A stretch of DNA of 63,898 nucleotides, counting the filler, from an uncultured Methanosarcinales archaeon (lineage in GTDB: Archaea > Nanobdellota > Nanobdellia > Woesearchaeales > JAGLXL01), in assembly GCA_964472345.1 (NCBI GenBank). It is 4 parts of 4 records of this genome, joined end to end, with 100 filler letters (N's around TTAATTAATTAA, not from the genome) between each part and the next. Parts side by side here need not be neighbours in the genome. Positions count along the whole stretch, not along the records: positions 1 to 18,832 come from CAYYLB010000017.1; positions 18,933 to 37,682 come from CAYYLB010000018.1; 2 more parts are not named here. The stretch is one strand, 5' to 3'. The translations under genes and the position numbers were made by a program. The notes under the pieces were generated by a model, which saw nothing but the letters and a program-made list of their open reading frames with translations, made no database searches and was not told the DNA's origin. This document shows, piece after piece, positions 10,041 through 18,934 of the stretch (position 1 is its first letter; the number at the start of each line of letters is the position of its first letter).

Positions 10041-11473
10041 GCTATAGCCTCACTACTCGGCCCAAAATTATTAAGAAGAAGATAGAGGGAGTTAGGCGTG
10101 AGGTTGAGCACTTTCATGGCATGCTCGGCGCCATATCCTCTCTCAAGGAGTTCGCCGTATTTCTTTTTCTTGAGCATCGCCCATTGCCCTAGAGCGCTAT
10201 AAAGCCGTTCTACTTTGTATGTGCAATAGTTTAGTTGGGTATTTATCAGGAAAAGGATGACGTTGTCGATTTTCTTCTCTATGAGCAAGCGAAAAATATG
10301 TGATCCTTCTGTAGCATAAGTGCCTTCATATATTGAAGTTGTTGATATCCTATTGCGACACAAATATTCTTTTAGCTCGGTGAGGAATTCAATCCTATTC
10401 TGTTTGAGAGCTAATGTGCCCGTTATTCCAACCTCTAATGTTGTAAGGTAGTTGCCGCGTTTGTGAATGATGGGGGTGCAAAGCTCTCCTCCGAGGAACG
10501 AGCCGAAAAATTCTTTTTCAAGGTTAGGGTTTATCTTAATCCATGGCGGCACTTTCAGCTCGTGGGTGGTTTTGTTGCCACGCGGGGCTCCGAGCGCAAG
10601 GAAGAAACGGATAATGTTGCGGTTTGTGTTTTGATAACACCAACTATGGCCCTTTCCACCCCCTTCAATGATGCGCGAATTCTCTCCGCCATTCAGCCCG
10701 AAAAGCGCTTCGATGTCGCGCCCAAATTCTTTCACGGCTTCAAGCTCTGAACTGGATAAGAAGATGCCGTTAAGATTCTCAAATATGCCGCCATCACCAA
10801 AGGTTGCCCCAATAACTTTTGCAATTATAGGAAGGTGGGGGCTGTCAAATTTGAGAGGGAGCAGCCTCTGCTCTTTGAGCCATAGGGCAGCCTGGATAGG
10901 TATGGGAACGTGCCTGCGTGCATGCCACCAGCGTGTTTTCCCTGTGGGTTGCCCCATCGCTTTTGCTATCCTTTTATAGCCCCAAGATGGATTCTTTGAT
11001 TTAATGTTGAGGTAGGTGTGATACAGACGGCACTGCTCACGCTGGTGCCCATCGTAGGTGTTTATAATGCTCTCTTCGTCGATTATGATATCCGTTTCGC
11101 CAGCGACAACCTCTTCACCTGCCTTGAGGTGTTGTGCTTCGACGTATACAATTTGTCCATTTTTCCACACAGCTATTTTGTGTTCTGGCGTGACGATAAG
11201 TTCTTTGTTTTCGTACGTTGTGAGTTTTATCATTTCACCACAGTGATCATATCTGTTGGATGATAAAACTTCAACGGGGGAAACAGAACCGTTTGTTTCG
11301 CCCAGTACAAAGAGGTCGTCTTTCGGAAGGTGTATTGCCTCGTAATTGTTTTGTTTATTGATAAGAACATTTCCTTTGTATTTAACGAAAAGTGGATCAA
11401 GCTCATTACTTAATTGTACGGGCTGAATCTTTCCGTCTTTTACCCGATCTATTTTTAATAGTGAAAAAAAAGT
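9924..11473 (-). mobile_element. Lon intein, split: IntN+HEN 11473-10037 and IntC 10040-9924
   Basis: Lies between HDPFQ and SGGLGTP, the site used by Thermococcales Lon inteins; visibly AT-richer than the exteins; blocks B, F and G recognisable. Confidence 0.9.
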
Positions 11474-12097
11474 TTGGAAAGGATCATGGAGCACATCGCC
11501 TAAAAGGGCGCCTGCGTGAGCGCCGGTCGCATCGTAGAACGGCGCCGTCTTCCGGTTAAAGTTGTCCACAATGAGCTTGGGGACCTGAAGCTTGCCGGGA
11601 GCGGTGCGCATGCCGACATTGATGAACAGCATGAAGCCGACGACGAAGATGATGCTGGTGATCATCGACGCCGCATAGACGATGTCCGGAATGAGGCCGC
11701 GGCGCCAGAAGTAATAGGGCAGGATGGCGCTGATAAGGACAAGGATGAGGACAATCCAGTTCTGGCTGCGCAGGAGCTTGGTGCTCTCAATCTGGGAACG
11801 CCGCGCCACCTCACGGCCACTGGCTGCAGGCACCTCCTTGATGAGCGGCTGGTTCTCATCGTGAGGATTCGGAAGCGCGAGGATGTCGGTGAGCTTTGAC
11901 TTGGGCAGGAGCTCGGCAAGAGCAAGGCCGAGCATGCTCTTTCCGGTGCCGGGATCGCCAATGAGCAGGACATGGCGGCGCTGGTGGGCTGCCTTCCTGA
12001 TGACGTTGACCGCCTCGTCCTGGCCAACGACCTGGTCGATGATGCGGTCGGAGACCTTGATCTCGGCGGTGCTCTTGAACGTGAACTCTTCAGCCAT
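10037..12097 (-). CDS. lonB: LonB N-terminal part fused to intein N-fragment with LAGLIDADG endonuclease
   Basis: Walker A GDPGTGKS, two TM helices, [13 protein letters not shown], block [24 protein letters not shown]. Confidence 0.95.
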   Translation of the reverse strand: MAEEFTFKSTAEIKVSDRIIDQVVGQDEAVNVIRKAAHQRRHVLLIGDPGTGKSMLGLALAELLPKSKLTDILALPNPHDENQPLIKEVPAASGREVARRSQIESTKLLRSQNWIVLILVLISAILPYYFWRRGLIPDIVYAASMITSIIFVVGFMLFINVGMRTAPGKLQVPKLIVDNFNRKTAPFYDATGAHAGALLGDVLHDPFQTFFSLLKIDRVKDGKIQPVQLSNELDPLFVKYKGNVLINKQNNYEAIHLPKDDLFVLGETNGSVSPVEVLSSNRYDHCGEMIKLTTYENKELIVTPEHKIAVWKNGQIVYVEAQHLKAGEEVVAGETDIIIDEESIINTYDGHQREQCRLYHTYLNIKSKNPSWGYKRIAKAMGQPTGKTRWWHARRHVPIPIQAALWLKEQRLLPLKFDSPHLPIIAKVIGATFGDGGIFENLNGIFLSSSELEAVKEFGRDIEALFGLNGGENSRIIEGGGKGHSWCYQNTNRNIIRFFLALGAPRGNKTTHELKVPPWIKINPNLEKEFFGSFLGGELCTPIIHKRGNYLTTLEVGITGTLALKQNRIEFLTELKEYLCRNRISTTSIYEGTYATEGSHIFRLLIEKKIDNVILFLINTQLNYCTYKVERLYSALGQWAMLKKKKYGELLERGYGAEHAMKVLNLTPNSLYLLLNNFGPSSEAIA

Positions 12098-12243
12098 AGT
12101 GGTTCATGGGCAGGGGCAAGTTTAAAAAGATTGTGTTTCCCTATTTTGACGGGAAAGAAAGCGTTCGGGGGCAGAGCGAGTGCAGGCCGCGGTACCCTCA
12201 AAGAAACCCACCCACCAAATGGTGAAGCATAATAATTATAAAT

Positions 12244-12435
12244 ATGCAGCATATCCCGGAGCGCATGGAGCCCGTGTTCAGCTTTTTCATTCTCGTGAAC
12301 GCGTACGCGTTTTTCGTCGCGCAGCTCACGCGCGTGTTCCGCCACCACGGGAAGAAACGCGGCAGCTTCCTCCTCAGCAATCTTGTTGCTCTCGGAGCTG
12401 CACTGCTGGCGCTGCTGTTTGCGGCCCAGCTCTGA
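12244..12435 (+). CDS. small membrane protein
   Basis: Two hydrophobic segments; overlaps the 3' end of the convergent nuclease gene. Confidence 0.4.
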   Translation: MQHIPERMEPVFSFFILVNAYAFFVAQLTRVFRHHGKKRGSFLLSNLVALGAALLALLFAAQL

Positions 12436-13237
12436 ATTCTGCGATCGTCTTCTGCTCAAAACAGAGCTTGTAGAAGTCGCACCATTTGCACAAGGGGCCC
12501 GGCTTGAGGGGGTAGTCGCCGATGTCGCCGCTCCGCGTGTTGTGGTGGATGGCGCGGATCTCCTGCCTGGCTTCCTCGAGCAGGCTCTCGTCAACGGGTA
12601 TGTATTTCGGCGTGGAGCGCAGGAAAAAGACACTGGCCTGGTGCGGGAGGGCGCCGTGCTTTTCATGGTAGAGCAATGCGTAGATGCCAAGCTGCAGGCG
12701 GTACTCGCCGTTCACTTCGATCGCGGTGCTGGTCTTGTAGTCAGTGATGTGGACACGGCCGTCAACCTCCTCGATCGCGTCGATGAAGCCGTGGACGTGG
12801 TGCTCCTCTGAAAGGTAGCGCTCCTCGCGGCGCGGCGTCAGCCTCCGGAACGCTTCCGGGAACTCGCCGGGGTGCTGCCTGAGGCGCGTGATGAACTGCT
12901 GCAGCCAGTTGAGGAGCATCATCATGGTTTCGGAGAAGTAGAATGTTTCCTGATCCTTGTGGAGGCCGAAGCTCCTGATGAGGCTGCGGTTTCTCTTCCA
13001 ATGGTCGGTGAGGAGCGCCTGGATGCGCTGCGCAAGCTGCTGCCCGCAGGTGTCAAAGGTGACCTGCGCTGCGTCAAGGTCGAAGAATTCCTCGAGGACG
13101 CTGTGGGCAATCTTGCCGCGGACCTGCTGGATCGTGGCTTTGGTCGGCAGCTCAAGGACATACTTATAGTAGTATTTCCTCGGACACTGCTTGTAGGTGT
13201 TGATGCTGCTCGGGCTCTGCAACCTCTTTTTCTGCAT
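12374..13237 (-). CDS. PD-(D/E)xK nuclease, Cas4/RecB-like with Fe-S cysteines
   Basis: SPSSINTYKQCP, GFIDAI, DYKT, QLGIYA, CKWCDFYKLC. Confidence 0.9.
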   Translation of the reverse strand: MQKKRLQSPSSINTYKQCPRKYYYKYVLELPTKATIQQVRGKIAHSVLEEFFDLDAAQVTFDTCGQQLAQRIQALLTDHWKRNRSLIRSFGLHKDQETFYFSETMMMLLNWLQQFITRLRQHPGEFPEAFRRLTPRREERYLSEEHHVHGFIDAIEEVDGRVHITDYKTSTAIEVNGEYRLQLGIYALLYHEKHGALPHQASVFFLRSTPKYIPVDESLLEEARQEIRAIHHNTRSGDIGDYPLKPGPLCKWCDFYKLCFEQKTIAEFRAGPQTAAPAVQLREQQDC

Positions 13238-13281
13238 GGGACTGCACCTGCGCGCGATTCTTATAAATGTTTTGGCAGCGG

Positions 13282-13454
13282 GGCGTTATTGAAAAGTTCC
13301 CGTTCGCTGCGCTCGATTCAATGGTCCTTCGGACTGGCATCGAGCTGGAGCCTGGCAGGCGTCCCGCTTACGCCAGCGCTCACTGGCCTCCCACCTTCTG
13401 GGACCCAAATCACTGCGGTGATTTTAAGGCATTGGCGAACTTTTCAATAACGCC
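13282..13454. mobile_element. MITE family A, copy 1
   Basis: Perfect 18-bp TIR GGCGTTATTGAAAAGTTC / GAACTTTTCAATAACGCC; 8-bp TSD GGCAGCGG at 13274-13281 and 13455-13462. Confidence 0.9.
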
Positions 13455-14137
13455 GGCAGCGGCGATTTCACGATCGCGTCGAGCAGGTGGTGATACGCAG
13501 GGCTTATGGGGGCGAAGTGGCCTGCATCGGCCAGTGGGAGCTGGTGCGTCCCCGGCACGGCTGCGCTCTCCGGCGGCACAATGGGATCCTGCACCCCATA
13601 GATCGAGACGGCCTCGACGCCACCGGGAATTCCGCGGGACGCGAGTTCCTGCAGGTAGGGGCTTCCGGGCATGAGCTGGCGAGCCACGGAGAGGTAGCCG
13701 GCAATGGACAAGCCGCCGTAGGGAGCTGCCACCATGACGACACGTCCAACAGCGTGAGGAACAGACTGCGCAACAGCAAGGGCGAGCAGGCCGCCCGTGC
13801 TGTGGCCGATCAGCTGGACAGGCTCTTCAAGCTCAGCGGCAAGGGCCTCAATTCCTGCGGTGAGGAAGCGCCCTGCCACGCGCAGATCACCGGCAGCATA
13901 CGTTTCGAGCAGCGCATTCGAGCCATGCTCCTGAAGATAATGCTGGAGGCCTGAGAGGGACGCGGGCCCAAACCGCTGGAAAAACGGGTGCGGAGCCATT
14001 CCGTGAAGGAGAACGACCGTCGGCCTGCCGCGGATGAGGGGCTGCTTCTGGCGGCCGTCCAACATGTGCCTGAGCGCAGGGGCTACCAGCCCACGCCCTG
14101 CAGCACATTCCTGCCAGATGATGCTCGCGAGATGCAC
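13424..14137 (-). CDS. alpha/beta hydrolase (lipase-like)
   Basis: VVLLHGM, IGHSTGG, QDPIV, AGHF. Start uncertain; last 9 codons and the stop come from the MITE. Confidence 0.8.
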   Translation of the reverse strand: MHLASIIWQECAAGRGLVAPALRHMLDGRQKQPLIRGRPTVVLLHGMAPHPFFQRFGPASLSGLQHYLQEHGSNALLETYAAGDLRVAGRFLTAGIEALAAELEEPVQLIGHSTGGLLALAVAQSVPHAVGRVVMVAAPYGGLSIAGYLSVARQLMPGSPYLQELASRGIPGGVEAVSIYGVQDPIVPPESAAVPGTHQLPLADAGHFAPISPAYHHLLDAIVKSPLPALLKSSPMP

Positions 14138-14181
14138 ACAGGAAGGAAAGCGGCAGAGCTTCTTAACGTTTGCCAAAAAGA

Positions 14182-14454
14182 GGGGGTTGGTGCGTTGCGA
14201 AGAGACTGCGCGTCTCTGGCAACTCCTCGGATGCCTCGGAGTCATTCGCTTCGCGGCACTGCCAGATCGCTCCGCTGCGCGGCGAAGACTTCGCTCCGCC
14301 TGGGCTCTCCTCGCGTTGCTCGGCGAGCATTTCCTGCTGCATTTCTCGCAGCATCCCACAGCTTACACCGAAAGAAATCAGTTCCAGTGGCTCTGCAAGC
14401 AGCAGACAGCGTCGCTCACAAGGGAATGGCAGTGCACATTTCGCACCAACCCCC
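14182..14454. mobile_element. MITE family B, full copy
   Basis: 13-bp TIR GGGGGTTGGTGCG / CGCACCAACCCCC; flanking direct repeat AAAAAGA (7-9 bp depending on end definition). Confidence 0.8.
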
Positions 14455-14493
14455 AAAAAGATACATATAGGAGCGGTTTTTTCACGCACGGAT

Positions 14494-14844
14494 ATGCACG
14501 ACCGCACGCTGCTGAAGATTGCCCTGATCGGCTCCATCACCGGCGTCGCGCTGCTGTTCGCCTTCTCGGAGCAGTTCTCCGTCAGCGAGCAGACCATCTC
14601 GCGCCTCGATGAGCTTCCGGAAGGGCAGGAAGTGGACGTGACCGGGCTGGTTCTGCGTGCCACCGACAAGGGCAACGTGCTGTTCCTTGACATCGCGGAA
14701 GAGAAGGTCGAGAAGGTGACTGTCGTGCTGTTCAAGGACCGCGACGTGCAGGTCAAGGAAGGCGATTACGTGCGCGTGATCGGAAGCCTGGAGGAGTACC
14801 AAGGGAAGAAGGAGATCATCGGGAATAAGGTGGAGGTGAAATGA
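14494..14844 (+). CDS. membrane-anchored OB-fold protein
   Basis: N-terminal TM, then VDVTGLV..LFLDI..GDYVRVIGSLEEYQGKKEI. Confidence 0.8.
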   Translation: MHDRTLLKIALIGSITGVALLFAFSEQFSVSEQTISRLDELPEGQEVDVTGLVLRATDKGNVLFLDIAEEKVEKVTVVLFKDRDVQVKEGDYVRVIGSLEEYQGKKEIIGNKVEVK

Positions 14845-14850
14845 AGTCCA

Positions 14851-15318
14851 CTAACGCCTTATGATGTACCTAATAATTTCTGGTCCTTTCAGAAGCATGC
14901 CCAAACCACACGCGGCAGTAGCAGAGTATAAGACTGTATTGAAGGCTTCCAACACATCTTTGCTTTCAACTACGTGCGGACCGACAATGATTCCGACAAG
15001 CCCAGTGAGTCCCCCAACAAGTGCGACTTTCGCACCCCTGCTTAATGGATTTGGCTGCACGGAGGCATCAAAATGTGAATGTGTTCGCCGACCTCCTCGT
15101 GGATTGTAATTCTTACTGAACTCAGGCAGATACGCGCCAAGTAATGGCTGTGCCAAAGCTTGGGTTGTAAGGCGAGTCTCGAAGTCCATTCTTGCCTGGT
15201 GTTCTCCAACGGTCCCTAATCTCCCAAACGTTCCCTGATTATAATGCCAGCGGAAAAATTTTTCCCTCTCGGCACCATCGCCATCTATCGCGTTCCGCAG
15301 CTCATTTAGTCCGACCAT
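14851..15318 (-). CDS. hypothetical membrane protein
   Basis: 155 aa with two C-terminal hydrophobic segments; TATA upstream. Confidence 0.6.
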   Translation of the reverse strand: MVGLNELRNAIDGDGAEREKFFRWHYNQGTFGRLGTVGEHQARMDFETRLTTQALAQPLLGAYLPEFSKNYNPRGGRRTHSHFDASVQPNPLSRGAKVALVGGLTGLVGIIVGPHVVESKDVLEAFNTVLYSATAACGLGMLLKGPEIIRYIIRR

Positions 15319-15417
15319 TGATTGATGTGAGAAGCCTTTCTATTTAAATATTTCGTTATTTTAAAGTGGTTACAAATAATAAGAAAAATAGTTAAACAGT
15401 GTGATCAAATTTTCTGC

Positions 15418-16614
15418 ATGCTTGGAGAGATTCTTTCTGCCATACTCCTCGGAATCCTCGCCGGCATCGTCACCGGCCTGATGCCAGGCGTCCATGTCAA
15501 TCTCGTCTCCGCGACGCTGCTGAGCACCTCTGCGTTCTTCCTCGGCTTTACCCAGGTCACGACGCTGGCCGTCTTCATCATCTCGATGGCCGTCATCCAC
15601 ACGTTTCTCGACGTGATTCCCTCGATCTACCTCGGCGCGCCGGAGGCGGACACGGCGATGGGCGTCCTGCCCGGCCACCGGATGCTGCTCCAGGGGCGCG
15701 GCTACGAAGCGATCAAGCTGACGGTCATCGGGAGCTTCGGGAGCCTCATCGCCGTGCTGCTCGCAACACCATTGCTGCTGGCCGTGATGCGCGCCGCACA
15801 GCCCGTGCTTGAGCCGTGGATCGGGTGGATTTTGCTGGCGGTTGTTGTTGCCATGACACTGCGGGAGAAGAAGAGGCTGCTCGCCGCATTCCTCTTTCTC
15901 CTGAGCGGCGCGCTGGGAATCGTGGTGCTGAACCTTGGTGTGACGCAGCCGCTCTTTCCATTGCTTTCCGGGCTGTTCGGGCTGAGCACGATGCTCATCA
16001 GCCTCAACCAGAAGGTGAACATCCCCCCGCAGCAGATCCGCGCAGAGCTTCCGTTGCAGAAGCGGCAGATGCTCGCGTCCGTCGGCATCGCGAGCGTCGT
16101 GGGGAGCTTTGTGGGCTTCTTCCCAGGTCTTGGGCCGGCGCAGGCCGCAGTCATCGGAAGCCAGTTCCTGCGCGGCGGGAACAAGAACTTCCTCATCCTG
16201 GTCGGAGGGCTGAGCACCGCGAACATGATGGCAAGCCTCGTGACGTTCTACGCGCTCGACAAGGCGCGGAACGGCGCCATCGTAGCGGTGCGCGAGATGC
16301 TGGGAGCGATATCGCTCGGGCAGCTCACGCTGTTCCTGCTCGTCGGGCTCATCGCCGGGTGCGCCGGCATCGCGCTGACGCTGTTCTTCGCCAAGCGCTT
16401 CGCCTCCTGGCTCCAGCGCGTGCCGTACCCGTGGCTGTGCTGGTCGGTGATTGCGCTGATCGCCGTTCTTGTGCCGCTGGTCTCCGGCTGGCTTGGGCTG
16501 CTGGTGCTTGCGGTTTCGACGCTCGTGGGCATGATCGCGCCGCTCACGAATGTTTCACGGAGCCAGGCGATGGGATGCCTGCTGCTGCCGGTGATTGTTT
16601 GGTTTTTGGTGTGA
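15418..16614 (+). CDS. TctA/DUF112-family membrane protein
   Basis: GLMPGVHVN, IPSIYLGAP, LPGHRMLLQGRG, FFPGLG; many TM helices. Confidence 0.9.
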   Translation: MLGEILSAILLGILAGIVTGLMPGVHVNLVSATLLSTSAFFLGFTQVTTLAVFIISMAVIHTFLDVIPSIYLGAPEADTAMGVLPGHRMLLQGRGYEAIKLTVIGSFGSLIAVLLATPLLLAVMRAAQPVLEPWIGWILLAVVVAMTLREKKRLLAAFLFLLSGALGIVVLNLGVTQPLFPLLSGLFGLSTMLISLNQKVNIPPQQIRAELPLQKRQMLASVGIASVVGSFVGFFPGLGPAQAAVIGSQFLRGGNKNFLILVGGLSTANMMASLVTFYALDKARNGAIVAVREMLGAISLGQLTLFLLVGLIAGCAGIALTLFFAKRFASWLQRVPYPWLCWSVIALIAVLVPLVSGWLGLLVLAVSTLVGMIAPLTNVSRSQAMGCLLLPVIVWFLV

Positions 16615-17158
16615 AAGCAATTCGGTTATTTTTTATTACAAGGCGTACTACGAGGCCCCCTTCAGGTGATCTCATATAAGAAACGCTGTCGGTGTAGATG
16701 TGCATTAACAATATTCCTGTTCCTAGATTCCCTCTTGGTTTTTCTTTACCACTAAATTCGTAGAAATCAGGGCCGATGTTCCCACCCGTTAGTGCTCTTC
16801 GGTGCGCTAAAAATTGCAAGAGGTCATCATTAACAGTACTGCCTTCATCGACTATCACAAATTCGGCGAAGCCAGGATGTACCTTATAGGCGATGGTGAC
16901 TGTTTTGGTTGGGTCTAATCCGCTTCCGTGCTGGTGAGCATTAAGGAGAGCTTCATATAATGCTGTAAATAAACGCTCGGAGTGACCATTCTGCTGCGCA
17001 AGTTTTGTAAGTTCTTCAGCGGTTGCTCTAATCTGATGGTCATACCCCTCGGAAGGAAAAGTAGATCTGGTCGTAACATATGTGTCGTCGAGCGTAAAGA
17101 TTGCCAGTTCCAAGCTGGGATGGGTGAATGGTTCTCTTACACCAAGCAGGGCTACCAT
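16544..17158 (-). CDS. RsbW/SpoIIAB-like HATPase (anti-sigma-type Ser/Thr kinase fold)
   Basis: ALYEALLNAHQHG (N box), IVDEG (G1), GTGILLM..TDSVSY (G2). Confidence 0.8.
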   Translation of the reverse strand: MVALLGVREPFTHPSLELAIFTLDDTYVTTRSTFPSEGYDHQIRATAEELTKLAQQNGHSERLFTALYEALLNAHQHGSGLDPTKTVTIAYKVHPGFAEFVIVDEGSTVNDDLLQFLAHRRALTGGNIGPDFYEFSGKEKPRGNLGTGILLMHIYTDSVSYMRSPEGGLVVRLVIKNNRIAFTPKTKQSPAAAGIPSPGSVKHS

Positions 17159-17268
17159 AATAAAACATAAAAAGTATATAGTTTATAAATATTTTGTTTG
17201 TTATCATACAAGAGGAGTAACATTATTAGCAACAACCTATTTAAACCCCCTCCTTCTCCCCCTCACGC

Positions 17269-17535
17269 ATGCACGGCCTCATCACCGCATTCCGGGGAAG
17301 CCACAAGACGAAGCGCGGCAACCACCTGATTGTGCTGCCGGAAGGCGTCGACAGCCGCGAGAAGGCGAAGGCACTGGAAGGCAAGCGGGTACAGTGGGCA
17401 AATCCGGAAGGCAAGAAGAAAATGGTGATTTCCGGGAGCGTGCGGGCGGCGCACGGAGGCAATGGGGCGGTGCGCGTGATTTTTGAGCGCGGGCTGCCGG
17501 GACAGGCGCTCGGGACAAAAGTGGAGATCGCTTAG
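17269..17535 (+). CDS. rpl35ae: 50S ribosomal protein L35Ae
   Basis: AHGGNGAVRVIFERGLPGQALGTKV. Confidence 0.95.
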   Translation: MHGLITAFRGSHKTKRGNHLIVLPEGVDSREKAKALEGKRVQWANPEGKKKMVISGSVRAAHGGNGAVRVIFERGLPGQALGTKVEIA

Positions 17536-17918
17536 GCGGCTTTGCGGAGCATTGATTGTTCTTCTGCAAAAAGCCGTTCAAGCTCGCTGTTCAGGCGGTT
17601 GATGGCGAAGATGAGGTCGCGGGAAGGTGACCCTTCTGCAGCTCTCAAGCCATGTTCAAGCTTCAGAATCTTCGTGATCTGCTGAGCGAGGACAGGCAGG
17701 ATTTCTTTTTGCCGGTCTGCCAACCTCTCTTCGAACTTGATCTTTTTCTCCACAACATTCAAAGAAGCGACGACTCTCTCGATGTACCTCTTTAGCTGAG
17801 CATCAGGCCCGGTGACGTTCAGCGCTTCGACCACGGCATCAATCCCGCGCGCGATGGGGGCGTACGCATCCCTGATCGCCGCTGCGAACCGCTGCAGGAG
17901 CGCAAGCTTCGCTGCCAT
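17532..17918 (-). CDS. hypothetical helical protein
   Basis: 128 aa, overlaps the stop of the upstream gene. Confidence 0.55.
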   Translation of the reverse strand: MAAKLALLQRFAAAIRDAYAPIARGIDAVVEALNVTGPDAQLKRYIERVVASLNVVEKKIKFEERLADRQKEILPVLAQQITKILKLEHGLRAAEGSPSRDLIFAINRLNSELERLFAEEQSMLRKAA

Positions 17919-18463
17919 CAGTCCTTCCCCAGGATGTCTGCGGTGCTGGCGCCGAGCACGGCGAGGAGCGAGTTCGTCGCGACGGTCTTGTACACCTCCA
18001 CGAACGAGGAGTGCGTGTCAATAAAACCAAATGCGAAGAGGGTGAGCGCGACGACCGCAAGCGCGACCGAGTAAATCACGATGACGCGCAGCGGGATGAA
18101 GCGCTTGACCTTCACTTCCCTCACCTTGCGGAAGCCGGAGTAGTACATGAAGAGGAAGCAGATCAGCAGCGAGAGGAGGTAGAGGAATGTGGCGCGGCCC
18201 GCTGAGATCTTTTCCGCAATCTCGACGCCGTAAAAGAAGGCGAAATGGCCGACGGTGCCAAAGACTGCGCCGATCGAGCCGCGGATAAGGTCATGGTAGG
18301 TGATCCTGGTGAGGGGATGGGACGCGTACCCGCGGACGTCCTTCTCGAGCTTCTGCAGCTCCGCAAGCTCCTGCTGCCCCATGCGCTCGATCTTCCGCTC
18401 TTCCGCTTCGATCTTTCTCTCTTCAGCAAGAATCCGCCTGGGCAGAGGCCTCTTTTTCTTCAT
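17918..18463 (-). CDS. membrane protein with N-terminal coiled coil (DUF2391-like)
   Basis: EERKIE repeats followed by four TM segments. Confidence 0.7.
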   Translation of the reverse strand: MKKKRPLPRRILAEERKIEAEERKIERMGQQELAELQKLEKDVRGYASHPLTRITYHDLIRGSIGAVFGTVGHFAFFYGVEIAEKISAGRATFLYLLSLLICFLFMYYSGFRKVREVKVKRFIPLRVIVIYSVALAVVALTLFAFGFIDTHSSFVEVYKTVATNSLLAVLGASTADILGKD

Positions 18464-18532
18464 GCGTTCAGGGAGAGCCGAGGAGTATTTAAGAATTGCT
18501 CTCTATTGGCGCGCAAGGGAGCGGCAGCGCGA

Positions 18533-18703
18533 TCAGCCGCACAAGAACGCCAGTTTGGGCAGGACGCCTTTGCACGACAGCATGGCAAGGACGATGCCGC
18601 CGATGACGCCAAGGATCAGGCCATAGATGAAGAACTTGAACTCGATGACGCCGAGCTGGGCTTTCCTGCTTCTGAGCATGCGGGACCTGTTGAGCGGGTT
18701 CAT
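18533..18703 (-). CDS. small protein with class III signal-peptide-like N-terminus
   Basis: RSRKAQ followed by a hydrophobic stretch. Confidence 0.55.
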   Translation of the reverse strand: MNPLNRSRMLRSRKAQLGVIEFKFFIYGLILGVIGGIVLAMLSCKGVLPKLAFLCG

Positions 18704-18832
18704 GGGAATCACCTTTTTCTGCCTGATAAAAGGGAAAAAGGGCATTATTCTTATAAAGGTTGTGGAAACGAGGGCTTTGTGTCGTGTCCGGAAATTATTT
18801 CGCCAACCATTTATAAGCTTGGATAAACCCCA

Positions 18833-18932
18833 NNNNNNNNNNNNNNNNNNNNNNNNNNNNNNNNNNNNNNNNNNNNTTAATTAATTAANNNNNNNNNNNN
18901 NNNNNNNNNNNNNNNNNNNNNNNNNNNNNNNN
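18833..18932. other. artificial contig linker
   Basis: N-run, TTAATTAATTAA (stops in all frames), N-run; 100 bp. Confidence 0.99.
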
Positions 18933-18934
18933 AT

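Noticed and set aside
12374..13454. CRISPR-Cas locus around the Cas4-like gene
   Set aside because: No array or other cas genes; the nearby repeat is a MITE.
18833..18932. TTAATTAATTAA palindrome within N-runs (also at 37683 and 56065)
   Set aside because: Artificial all-frame-stop contig linker, not biology.
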